Shown: positions 50,681 through 59,999, counted from the first letter of the stretch. The stretch is DNA of 64,000 nucleotides from an uncultured cyanobacterium (GCA_963847745.1 CAWKAW010000007.1:46506-110505); one strand, 5' to 3'. Program-made: numbers and translations. Notes: generated by a model from the sequence alone, not told the origin.

Positions 50681-50930
50681 GCTACCTGTAGACACTTCGC
50701 CAGCCGTCACCAGAGCGATCGCGCAATCAGGGGTCAATCGGCAAATTGGCGCGGACCTTGAACCCTTCACTCCGTCTTTACCAAGGTTCATCTCTCAACC
50801 AGTCTCAAGTCGGTTTCAACTGAACCGATCTGATACCACCGGAACCTGAATCGAATTCCATCCCAATCTTCTCCGTTTCAGCATCCCGCTGGCGGAGATC
50901 CGCTGGGACACGTCCTCCGCATTTCCCCCT

Positions 50931-51683
50931 TTGTCGATTCTTCAGCGCTCCCGACTGGCCCTCGCCGTTGCTGGCCTCGGTCTGACCCTCACAGGTCCCG
51001 CACAGTCGGCGGAAACAGCCAGCAGATGGAACCTGAGTGTCTCGGCACCCCAGACGCCCCCTCGGATCGCCTACCTCCCCCCCCTGCCCTCCGCTCCCTC
51101 CGTCTTCGCCATCACTCCGGAGCGGCGTGCCCTGCTCAACACCATCCGTTTCGCCGAGGGCACCTGGGCCAATGGCACGGAGTTGGGTTACCGGATCATG
51201 TTCGGTGGCAGCGTGATGCCCTCCCTCGATCGTCATCCCAACCGGGTGATGCGCACCGCCCGTTATGCCAGCGCTGCTGCCGGTGCCTACCAGTTCATGC
51301 CCTTCACCTGGGCGATGGCGACCCGGGCCATGGGCCTCACAGGAGAATTTCATCCCCAGGCCCAGGATCAGGCCGCCCTTTATCTGGTGAGGCGGCGCGG
51401 CGCCCTGCACCTGGTCGACCGTGGCGAGATGACCCCGGAGCTGGCCGCCAGGCTGGCACCCGAGTGGGCCTCGTTCCCCACCCTGGCGGGCCGGAGCTTC
51501 TATGGCCAGCCGGTGAAGCGCTTCGAGGATCTGAAGGCCTTCTACGAATGGAGCCTCTCCCAGCTGCGCAGGGAGGAACAGACCCAATGGGAGGAAGTGG
51601 CCATCCGCGAGGTTCCCCAGGCGCCCCGCTGCAACGATCGCTCTCTCACCTGCCGTCTGAGCACGATCGAAGCCGCGAAGTGA
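50931..51683 (+). CDS. Exported lambda-lysozyme-like muramidase (GH104 family)
   Basis: RALLNTIRFAEGT (catalytic Glu), YRIMFGG, AAGAYQF, FHPQAQDQAA, LAPEWASFP; signal peptide; TTG start. Confidence 0.88.
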   Translation: MSILQRSRLALAVAGLGLTLTGPAQSAETASRWNLSVSAPQTPPRIAYLPPLPSAPSVFAITPERRALLNTIRFAEGTWANGTELGYRIMFGGSVMPSLDRHPNRVMRTARYASAAAGAYQFMPFTWAMATRAMGLTGEFHPQAQDQAALYLVRRRGALHLVDRGEMTPELAARLAPEWASFPTLAGRSFYGQPVKRFEDLKAFYEWSLSQLRREEQTQWEEVAIREVPQAPRCNDRSLTCRLSTIEAAK

Positions 51684-51741
51684 CGGGTTGAGTCAACGGC
51701 CGGCTGCCACGCTGGCCTCCCCATTGGAAGCCAGGGTGGGA

Positions 51742-52587
51742 TCAGCTGTCCGAGCTGTCTCCGAAGCGCTGCCGTCCCACCGTCTGCTGGGCGATCAGAT
51801 AGGCGGCCACCGCGGCACCGAGGAAGCCGAGGGCGTTGCGGATCAGGGGGAGCAGGTCACTGGTGCGGGTCACGATCGGGGCCACACCGAACACGCCGAA
51901 GAGGATCACCCACAGGGGCGACAGCAGCAGCACCCACACCCACTCCACCTTGCGTTCAGGGTGGCGGGGGAAGGCGGCGAAGCCCACGATCAGCCCCCCG
52001 AGGATGGAGGTGCAGAGGGTGAGCAGCCACTGCTCCTGGGGCAGGCCCGGCACCACCTGGCAGCCGCCCTTCTCCAGGCAGCCCATCACCGAATGGAGGG
52101 CATCGACGATGGCCCCATCCTCTCCGTGCTCGCGCACGTAATACTGATTGCCGTAGCGGGTCTGCAGTTCCACCCAGAAGGTGCGTGGCATCAGGGCGAA
52201 CAGGGCATCGCCCACGTTGAAGTTGAGCAGGTTGCCGCCGCGGGGATCGGCCACCAGCAGCAGGCTGCGATCGTCCAGGTTCCAGAACTCCTTCACCGCC
52301 AGCCCCGGGGTGCGTTCGTACTGGGTGAGCACCCGCAGTTTCCAGCCGCTGCCGCTCTCGAAGGCGTCGAGTTCCTGCTCGAGGGCGCTCCGCTGTCCAT
52401 CGCTGAGGGCCTTGGCCAGATCGATCACCGGGGTGGGGTGATCGGGCAGCAGGTCGGGGTTGTCGTAGGCGAGGGCCGGGGGCGTCGCCACGGGACCCGC
52501 GAGGACAGCCAGCAGCAGCAACAGGGTGGCGATGGCCTGGCCGCAGCGCCGCCAGAGGTTCCCGGTGCCCGGAACGAGCTTCTGCAT
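51742..52587 (-). CDS. psb32: TPM domain protein (Psb32/TLP18.3)
   Basis: YDNPDLLPDHPTPVIDLAKAL, KLRVLTQYERTPG, FWVELQTRYGNQYY, GCQVVPGLP. Confidence 0.88.
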   Translation of the reverse strand: MQKLVPGTGNLWRRCGQAIATLLLLLAVLAGPVATPPALAYDNPDLLPDHPTPVIDLAKALSDGQRSALEQELDAFESGSGWKLRVLTQYERTPGLAVKEFWNLDDRSLLLVADPRGGNLLNFNVGDALFALMPRTFWVELQTRYGNQYYVREHGEDGAIVDALHSVMGCLEKGGCQVVPGLPQEQWLLTLCTSILGGLIVGFAAFPRHPERKVEWVWVLLLSPLWVILFGVFGVAPIVTRTSDLLPLIRNALGFLGAAVAAYLIAQQTVGRQRFGDSSDS

Positions 52588-52637
52588 GGGCGACAGCCTG
52601 CGTGGGGCAGCATTCTCACCGAGACCAGTCCCGCCCC

Positions 52638-52685
52638 GTGAGCCAGAGTGATTCCGCGGCCGTGAGCCAGAGCGACTCCGGGGCC
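52638..52685 (+). repeat. Imperfect 24-bp tandem duplication of the start region
   Basis: GTGAGCCAGAGTGATTCCGCGGCC followed by GTGAGCCAGAGCGACTCCGGGGCC (VSQSDSAA / VSQSDSGA). Confidence 0.8.
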
Positions 52686-53840
52686 CTGCCCCCCTGGCTG
52701 GAGGAACGCCTGCTCGCGGCAGACGGCAGCGTTTCCTTCCGCACCTTCATGCAGTGGGCCCTGCATGATCCACGGCACGGCGCCTATGGGGCAGGTCGGC
52801 TGCGGATCGGTCCCAGGGGCGATTTCGTCACCTCCCCTTCCCTGGGAGCCGATTTCGCCGCCTTGCTCGTCCCCCAGATCGCCCAGTGGCTGTCCCGCCT
52901 CCCGCCAGGCCCCCTCAGCCTGGTGGAGACCGGCCCGGGAGAGGGCCAGCTGATCCGGCAGCTGGCGGAGGCCCTGGCCACGGACTGGCCGGAGCTGGCA
53001 GCCCGCACCGAGCTGGTGCTGGTGGAACCCAATGCCGGCATGGCCCGCAGACAACGGCTCCACCTCGACGGTGCCCCGCTGCGGGTGCGCTGGAGCAGCT
53101 TCGAGGAACTGGCGGCCGCGCCGCCGCGGGGCGTGGTGCTGGCCCACGAGGTGCTCGATGCCCTGCCCGTGGAGCGGATCGAGTGGGATGGAACCCTCTG
53201 GCGCCGCCAGATGGTGACGCTCCGGCAGGGGGAGCTGCGGCTGGAACCCGGGGAGCCCCTGGAGCCGGAGGCGGCGGCCCAGCTGCAGCCCCTGGGACTG
53301 TCGCCGCCGACCCCCCTGCGTCTGCCGGGCTGGTGCAGCGAACTGCACCCGGGCCTGGCGCCCTGGCTGGCGGCCTGCGCCGGAGCCCTGAGCGCCGGCT
53401 ACCTGCTGGTGATCGACTACGCCCTCGAGGCCGGCCGCTACTACGCCCCGGCCCGCTGCAGCGGCACCCTGATGGCCTACCGGGCCCAGCGGGCCAGCGG
53501 GGATCCCCTGCGGCAGCCCGGCCACTGGGACCTCACGGCCCATCTCTGCCTGGAAAGCCTGGAGCGGGCGGCTGGGGGGGCGGGTTGGCGCCGGCGGGGA
53601 GTCCGACGCCAGGGGGAGGCCCTGCTGGCCCTCGGCCTGGCCGAACGGCTGCATGGCCTGCAACAGGGCAATCCGGCCGATCTGGCTTCCCTGCTGGCCC
53701 GGCGCGAGGCCCTGCTGCGGCTGGTGGATCCCGCCGGGCTCGGAGACTTCCGCTGGATCGCCTTCAGCAGAGGCGACGGCCCGGGATGGGAATCGGACGG
53801 GGTCGAGCCGGACCTGTTCCTGCGGGACCCGCCTCCCTGA
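52638..53840 (+). CDS. SAM-dependent methyltransferase, MidA/NDUFAF7 family
   Basis: FRTFMQWALHDP...GAYG, GDFVTSP, LVETGPGEG, LAHEVLDALP, VIDYA, DLTAHL. Confidence 0.9.
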   Translation: MSQSDSAAVSQSDSGALPPWLEERLLAADGSVSFRTFMQWALHDPRHGAYGAGRLRIGPRGDFVTSPSLGADFAALLVPQIAQWLSRLPPGPLSLVETGPGEGQLIRQLAEALATDWPELAARTELVLVEPNAGMARRQRLHLDGAPLRVRWSSFEELAAAPPRGVVLAHEVLDALPVERIEWDGTLWRRQMVTLRQGELRLEPGEPLEPEAAAQLQPLGLSPPTPLRLPGWCSELHPGLAPWLAACAGALSAGYLLVIDYALEAGRYYAPARCSGTLMAYRAQRASGDPLRQPGHWDLTAHLCLESLERAAGGAGWRRRGVRRQGEALLALGLAERLHGLQQGNPADLASLLARREALLRLVDPAGLGDFRWIAFSRGDGPGWESDGVEPDLFLRDPPP

Positions 53841-54450
53841 CGGCAGCCCACCACGTCCGATGGGGAGCGCCACTGGCGAATGTTGGCCCCTTGTCGGTCA
53901 TCGTGACCCCCATATCGTGGAGGTGTCCCGCAAAGAAGGTGTGCTTTCGGTTTTTCAGTAAGGCCGGGATCGCTTTGAAGCTGGGCGAAGGGTTGCCCCA
54001 GGCTGGCTCATGAAGGAAGAGAAAGTTCCAGCGAACATTGGGTTTCTTGTTCAAGGCATCTGCCACGAAGGCGATCTGGCGATCACTGAAGTTCACCGGC
54101 TGCGAAAGCGCTACGATGACAGCCTTCTCACCCATGAACTCCTTCAGCATGGGCTGGGCTCTTGGCGTGTCCTACTGCAACCTGTTGCAGAGATCAATTT
54201 TCTCCCCGAGGCCTGCCGGCGCCTTGCGGAGTGGGCCTTTCCATACCGCTCATTCCACACTTGATTCACAGCGTCATTGGAGATGTCGTGATTTCCAGGA
54301 GTTCGAAAGAAGGGCATATCCACTTGCTCAAGCTCGGAGTCCATCTCCTCCCACTCGGCATGGAGCTGTGCCCAGCAGCGCCACCAGCAGCAGGCCCCGA
54401 AGACCTGGAGCACGGCCAGCGCGACCGCAAAGGGACAAAGGAGAACGCCA
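53830..54450 (-). pseudogene. Calcineurin-like metallophosphoesterase pseudogene
   Basis: Fragments in three frames: signal-like GLLLVALLGTAP; AEWEEMDSELEQVDMPFFRTPGNHDISN; GEKIDLCNRLQ*DTPRAQPMLKEF...FLFLHEPAW...FAGHLH. Includes an in-frame TAG; GC is lower than the flanks. Confidence 0.8.
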
Positions 54451-54722
54451 TGGCAGAGGGGCTCGCAGGGCCCGAACCCAGCCTGCACCAGCCAGAGGGC
54501 GATGGGTGGCCGTCTGGAACTTGCCTTCCCCTGCGTGAGGCAGCTGATCACCACCGCCGTCGAACGCTTCTGCGAACCCGGTCGCTTCACCGCCCTGATC
54601 AGGCACGCATCGACCTCCCCGAGCGGGTTCACACCGGCCTGAGGCGACCCACCGGCAAACCGTCCCGGCCGCCGATCTCTGCCGGGATCGGTTCGATACC
54701 CTCGGCGCGCTGCCGCACCCTG

Positions 54723-55793
54723 ATGTCTGTGGGAAGAAAACCTCTTCGGCCCGGGCCGCTCCCCTGTCGGTTGCCGGCCGCCTCCCGCTGGGTGCGATCC
54801 TTCCTGGCAATGCTCGGAACCTGCGCCACCCTGGGATGGGCCCAGCCAGGCCAGGCCCAGCAGTACGGCCCGAGGCAGTGGTGGCTGGCGCCCCGGGGCC
54901 TGAACGTGCTGCTGGGAACGGGGATCTACAGCGAAGGAAATCTCACCCTGGATGATGGCATCGTCTATCCCGACTTCACCATCAAGAGCTCGGTCTTCTT
55001 TCCCAGCTACGTTCGCTTCACCGAGATCGCCGGGCAGAACACCCAGTTCTCGATCGGGGTCCCCTTCGTGTGGGCCGACGCCGAACTGGACACCGGCAGA
55101 CGCAAGTTCCGACAATCGGAATCAGGACCCGGTGATCTCTATCTCCACCTGGCCGTGGGACTGGTGAACACGCCCAGCCTCGAGGGCGCCGAGTATGTGA
55201 CGTACATGACGGAAAGCAATCCCAACGTGCTGATGTACGGTCTGGCCGCGATCATGCCACCCACCGGTAAATACAGCAGCGACAAGGTGGTGAACATCGG
55301 CACCAACCGCTGGACCTTCCGCGCCGGGCTGCCCACCACGATCCGCCTCAGCCGCAACTGGCAGCCAGGCCGCACCACCACCCTGGAACTGCTCCCCAGC
55401 GTGGATTTCTACACGGCGAACAACAGCCCTCCCCTCTCCAGCGTGGAGGTTCCGGTCGACCAGTTCGGAACCACCATCCGCCTGGGCGATACCCGCTTCG
55501 TTCCGAACCAGACCACCCAGGCGCCGATGTACAGCCTGGAGGCCCACCTCACCCACGACCTCAAGGACTGGCTGTGGGTCTCCCTGGATTCGCTCTCCCA
55601 GATCGGCGGGGAAACCTTCAACGATGGCAAGGCCCAGGGCAATCAGCAGGCCTGGACGGCCGTGGGCGGCACCATCGGCACCGTGCCCTGGCAGGGCGGG
55701 CGGCTCACCGTGAGCGGCGGCAACGTGGTCAACAGCAACCCCTACGGCGCCGAGGGCTGGCAGGTGATCGTTCAGATGCAGCAGCAATTCTGA
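54723..55793 (+). CDS. Outer-membrane 'transporter' (QphB / MetA-pathway of phenol degradation family)
   Basis: Signal peptide ending AQPGQA; GPGDL, PTGKYSSDK...NIGTNRW, LEAHLTHD, GGETF; C-terminal Phe. Confidence 0.78.
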   Translation: MSVGRKPLRPGPLPCRLPAASRWVRSFLAMLGTCATLGWAQPGQAQQYGPRQWWLAPRGLNVLLGTGIYSEGNLTLDDGIVYPDFTIKSSVFFPSYVRFTEIAGQNTQFSIGVPFVWADAELDTGRRKFRQSESGPGDLYLHLAVGLVNTPSLEGAEYVTYMTESNPNVLMYGLAAIMPPTGKYSSDKVVNIGTNRWTFRAGLPTTIRLSRNWQPGRTTTLELLPSVDFYTANNSPPLSSVEVPVDQFGTTIRLGDTRFVPNQTTQAPMYSLEAHLTHDLKDWLWVSLDSLSQIGGETFNDGKAQGNQQAWTAVGGTIGTVPWQGGRLTVSGGNVVNSNPYGAEGWQVIVQMQQQF

Positions 55794-55893
55794 CTGGAGC
55801 CGCGATGGCGAAGCAACTCAGTGAACGCATCTCACCGTTCGCGGCCCCCCCACGATCGGCGGCTAGCTTTTTGACCAGCGGCAGAGATTCTTC

Positions 55894-56643
55894 TTGCCAT
55901 CACTCCAACGCAGCCTCCGCCGCGGGCAGATCCTGCCGTGGGCGCTGAGCCTCTCGGCCCTCATCCTGGCTCCCGCCTCCCTTGCCCAGGGACGCCCCTC
56001 CGCCCCCACCGGCTCCGCTACCGGGGCAGAGGGCACCTGTCCGAGCCGCGCCTATTTCGGCGATACCCATGTGCATACCGGCTGGTCGGCCGATGCGGGC
56101 ATGGATGGCGCCATCACCACCCCGGAGGATGCCTTCCGCTTCGCCCGCGGCGAGACGGTGAAGAGCAACACGGGCCGGAGCGCCCGCCTGGCCCGTCCCC
56201 GAAGGCGGCCAGAGCGGCGGACTGCTGGCGGGCTTCCTGCATCCGATCTCGGGGCTCGACCATGTGGTGGCGATGGTGGCGGTGGGCTGTGGGGGGCGGT
56301 GCTGGTTCCGCCCGCCCTGTGGGTGCTGCCGGTGGCCTTTCCGATGGTGATGGCCCTCGGGGGCCTGATGGGCCTGCTCGGCATCCCCCTGCCTGCGGTG
56401 GAGGTGGGCATCGCCCTCTCCGGGATCGTGCTGGGCCTGATGGTGCTGCTGGAGCAGCGCCCGCCCCTCTGGGTGGCGGCCCTGCGCGACAGCCTGGCCT
56501 TCGTGGTCAGCACGGGGCTGCTGCATCTGGAGGGCATCCTGCTGGGCGAGACACGGCGCCGGCCGGGGGGGGTTCGCTTCGTGCAGGGCGCCGGTGGGGC
56601 CGTGGCACTGGCGGGTCTGTTCTTTCTGGTGCAGGCCGCATGA
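55894..56643 (+). pseudogene. Chimeric remnant: DUF3604 N-terminus fused to a HupE/UreJ fragment
   Basis: RAYFGDTHVHTGWSADAG...PEDAFRFARGE (DUF3604) ends at LARP. It is followed by FLHPISGLDHVVAMVAVG (shifted frame) and LWG...PVAFP...GIPLPAVEVGIALS (HupE/UreJ). The HGHAHG motif is missing. Confidence 0.8.
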
Positions 56644-56975
56644 TCGCCCGGCTTCGAAAGCTGCCGCGACTGCGGAGCGGAGCGGCCCTGATCGGCGGCC
56701 TGATCCTCGCGATGGCCCCGCCTCCTGCGGCGGCACACCTGATGCAGACGGGCTTCAGTGGCTTCTACGACGGCCTCACCCCTCTGGTGGCAGGTGCGGT
56801 CGGGCTGCGGCAAAGCGGCGAACCTTCCCTCGACCTGCTCACCACCCTCAGCTTCGCCCTGGTGGGCCTGCTGGTGGCGCTGCGGCTGCAGCTGGGGGTG
56901 GCGGGCAGCTGGATCGCCGCCGCCGGCCTGCTGAGGCTCGGCTGGCTGGCCCGCCGAGCTCATGAGCACGCGTGA
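56640..56975 (+). pseudogene. Second HupE/UreJ family gene, internally deleted
   Basis: AAAHLMQTGFSGFYDGL N-terminus and GVAGSWIAAAGLL C-terminus in only 111 aa; the central part is missing. Confidence 0.65.
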
Positions 56976-57110
56976 GGGGTGCAGATCGGCCCCATCTGAT
57001 CGAACCCAGAGAATTCATTCCAGAGTTTCTGGATGAAGACTCTCGATTCAGAAGTGCGGAAGCACAGGTAGGCCATCTCTGCGTGACACGGGCCTGATCG
57101 CACTGCTGTC

Positions 57111-58253
57111 ATGCTGTCAGTCCATTGCCGGCCCCGCATGCCCCTGTCTGCATCCCATCGACTGCCGCGCCTTCTGGTGCTGGGTCTCGGCTTTCCCCTG
57201 GCGGCCCTGAACCTGTGGGTGTTCAGTTCACTCTATCGCGCTTTCGAGGGGATTGCTTCCATCTTCATTCTGGCTGGAGTGATCGCGTTGATCCTCAATT
57301 TCCCGGTGCGGTTCCTGCAGCGAAGTCTTGGACTGAGACGAGGCTGGGCCATCGGAATCATCGTTGGCGGCTTCATCGGATTGATGCTTCTGAGCGCCGC
57401 GTTTCTTGTGCCGCTGTTGCTGCTCAGATTTCTTGAATTCACCCGGGATCTACCGCAGTGGATTGATTCCACGGGGGATAAGCTTGAGCAACTCTCCGCC
57501 ACTGCCACTCGGGTCGGGCTTGCGGTGGATACGAGCGAGATCATTGAAGGAATGACAACAAGCATGAAAAGTCAAATGGAAGGCATTCTGCTTGGGATTC
57601 CTGGCTTTGTGTTTGGGTCTCTGGGAAACTTTCTCAGCGTCTTCTTCCTTATCGTTCTCACGGTGTTCTTCCTGATCTACGGCGGGGAGTTGGTGCGCAA
57701 TGTTCTGCTCTCGTGGCTGCCCGGAGAAAGTGGTCTCCGCGTTCTTGGAATTCTGAGGCGGAATTTCAATAGCTTCATTTTCAACCAGGCGGTCCTCTCC
57801 ATGGTCCTGACGTGCGCTCTGACCCTCGCACTCGTTCTTCTGGGTGCCCCATTCCCGGTGCTTTCCGGAGTTGCGATCGGGCTGATGGGATTCATTCCTT
57901 TCGGAGCCATCGTGGGTGTTCTGGCAATCAGCCTGCTGTTCCTCCTGAAGAGCTTCTGGCTTGGCCTGCGAGTGTTTGCCGTTTTGATTGTGGTTGATCA
58001 GATCATCGAGAATATTCTCCCACCACGGCTCCTGGGCAAACTCACTGGACTTAATCCAATCGTGATTCTTTTCTCAGTGATGGTTGGAGGCACACTGGCG
58101 GGTTTCTATGGCATCATCACCGCAGTGCCGATTGCCGCAACGATCAAGGAACTGTTTCTGACAGGAGATCTGAAGAAGCTTGTGCCGGCTCTCGATGATA
58201 CCCCCGACGGAACCCAGACAGCACAGGCGGGCTCATTCGCTCCGCAGGAATGA
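57111..58253 (+). CDS. AI-2E family transporter
   Basis: LALILNFPV, VLTVFFLIYG, GFIPFGA, DQIIENILPPRLLG...GLNPIVILFSVMVGG...GIITAVP; lower GC. Confidence 0.92.
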   Translation: MLSVHCRPRMPLSASHRLPRLLVLGLGFPLAALNLWVFSSLYRAFEGIASIFILAGVIALILNFPVRFLQRSLGLRRGWAIGIIVGGFIGLMLLSAAFLVPLLLLRFLEFTRDLPQWIDSTGDKLEQLSATATRVGLAVDTSEIIEGMTTSMKSQMEGILLGIPGFVFGSLGNFLSVFFLIVLTVFFLIYGGELVRNVLLSWLPGESGLRVLGILRRNFNSFIFNQAVLSMVLTCALTLALVLLGAPFPVLSGVAIGLMGFIPFGAIVGVLAISLLFLLKSFWLGLRVFAVLIVVDQIIENILPPRLLGKLTGLNPIVILFSVMVGGTLAGFYGIITAVPIAATIKELFLTGDLKKLVPALDDTPDGTQTAQAGSFAPQE

Positions 58254-58457
58254 AGCCAACAGCAACAGGGTGGGGACTATCGGCACCGACCGCTCGCCCT
58301 TCCACGCCGATCTGACCACCACGATCACCCTCAGCCGCACGCTGTCCCTGAGGTGCAGGCAAGGAGCGTGGAGCGCGAGCCAGGAGTCGGTGGTGGCCTG
58401 AGCACTTGAGGGGCTTGTTCGGAGAACTCTCTGTCGTGCATGGATGCATGGCAAGCC

Positions 58458-59807
58458 TCATGCCAATGAATTCAATGCTTGTTCAAACCAGCCTGTCCAA
58501 TCCTGATTAGCATAAAGTTTACCCGCCTGTCTTATCTCCAGAAGAAGAGCAAGTCCACGAGAAAGATGCTCTCTTCTTTCTTGAATTGAAAGCAGCGATT
58601 CAAGGGATCCCAATTTGGCACAAGACACCGCCACATCCACCTGCCTCTGCGTGTTGGCCGGATCGCGCTTCGCCAGGCCTTCTCTGATCGTCAGTCCCGC
58701 CTGGTAGGCCGCCAGCGCTCCGGCGCCATCCCCCTGCGCCACCAGCACATCGCCCAGGCCATTGAGCCCCCAGCCTTCCAGGCGTTGATCGCCAACATCC
58801 CTGGCCTGTTGGATGGCCACATCGAATACACCGCGGGCCTGGGCCAGATCGCCGAGGCTGATCCAGGCGTAGCCCAGCTGCAGCCCGGCATCCAGATCCC
58901 CGGGGTTGGCCTCCAGCGCCATCTGGAAGGAGCGCACCGCCTTGGAGAGATCACCCCGCACTACCGCCAGGCTGGCCACGTTGCGGGCCGCATCCGCTTC
59001 CCGACGGCCTTCGCTGGCTGCCAGTTGCTGAGCCGCGAGCCTCACCCGTCGGCTGGCCTCCAGCTCACGCTCAAACGATTCCTCCGCCAGCAATGTGTCG
59101 CCGGCCGACAGCGCCGCCAGCGCGGCCTTCAGAGCAGGCCGCTCTTCCGGGGCGGATCCTGCCGCACGGTGCAGCAGGCTCTCCAGCGCCTGCTCCTCCC
59201 CCTGGCGCCCCACGGCTCCGTCGGCCTCAGCGCCTCGCGCCAGCAACAGGCCCTGCTGCGCACCGCTCATCAGCGCCATCCATTCCTCCAGCTCCGGATT
59301 CACCGGCAACCCTGTGGCGGCGGCGATCGCCTCGATCAGCCGCCGCGTGTCGTCATCCCACCCGCGCTCGCGCAGGGGCAGCACATTCCAATCCCCCAGC
59401 AATGGCCGCAGACTCTCGGGCAGCTGATCGACGGGGATCTCGTTGAGCTGGGCCTCCTCCACCAGCAAGGGGATCACCGTGAGCTCGTCTCGTTCACCAA
59501 TAGCCAGAGCCGTCTCAAGCTCGTGGCGCAGATCGTCGTTGGGATCCTGAAGGCGGGGCAGGTTGGTGGCATCTGCCCAGCGGCGGCCGATCACCGCCAC
59601 ACAGGCCTTGCTGACAGCCAGGGCCTGCTCGATCTTCTGCCGCCACTTCCCCGCGCCGAGGCTGGCCACATCGAGGAACACCCGCTCCCGGCCAAACCCG
59701 ATCCGCAGCCAGTCCCACACCCTGCCGCTGGAGCCACGGGTGTCATCGCGGCGGTAGCTGATGAAAATTCTGTCGCGGTCGGCCCCCAGGCTTGCGGTCA
59801 CGATCAA
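58458..59807 (-). CDS. TIR domain (TIR_2) plus TPR repeat protein
   Basis: IFISYRRDD...VFLDV...IEQALAVSKACVAVIG.RW...DDLRHELETAL (Glu at the NADase catalytic position); C-terminal TPRs (LQLGYAWISLGDLAQA, LGDVLVAQGDGAGALAAYQAGLTIREGLAKRDP). Confidence 0.9.
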   Translation of the reverse strand: MIVTASLGADRDRIFISYRRDDTRGSSGRVWDWLRIGFGRERVFLDVASLGAGKWRQKIEQALAVSKACVAVIGRRWADATNLPRLQDPNDDLRHELETALAIGERDELTVIPLLVEEAQLNEIPVDQLPESLRPLLGDWNVLPLRERGWDDDTRRLIEAIAAATGLPVNPELEEWMALMSGAQQGLLLARGAEADGAVGRQGEEQALESLLHRAAGSAPEERPALKAALAALSAGDTLLAEESFERELEASRRVRLAAQQLAASEGRREADAARNVASLAVVRGDLSKAVRSFQMALEANPGDLDAGLQLGYAWISLGDLAQARGVFDVAIQQARDVGDQRLEGWGLNGLGDVLVAQGDGAGALAAYQAGLTIREGLAKRDPANTQRQVDVAVSCAKLGSLESLLSIQERREHLSRGLALLLEIRQAGKLYANQDWTGWFEQALNSLA

Positions 59808-59999
59808 CAGACAAGAAAGAAGATAACTCTAGCTCTCTCTTTTTGAACAAGTCTGATATCATCAGAGAAAACTTGATGGAGCTGAATTTCCAACCATCCT
59901 ATCCGCATCCTGTGCGTACTCACCGAAAGATCAGCCGGTCCTGCGAGCGCTTGCCATCACCTGGCTGCAGTGAGCATGGCTTTCATCTACTCCTTGGCA

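Noticed and set aside
50700-50800. c-di-AMP (ydaO) or glutamine riboswitch match
   Set aside because: Only short fragments (GGGGTCAATC, GTTCATCTCT) resemble the consensus. The conserved GUCAGCUAAC...CGUA-GC 3' core was not found, so it is reported only as an unknown structured leader.
50931-51683. Muramidase as evidence of a prophage
   Set aside because: It has a signal peptide and is flanked by core genes; there are no holin, structural or integrase genes nearby, and this family is common in picocyanobacterial chromosomes.
58250-58454. Short ORFs after the AI-2E gene
   Set aside because: No recognisable family or start signal; possibly a remnant, but this cannot be supported.
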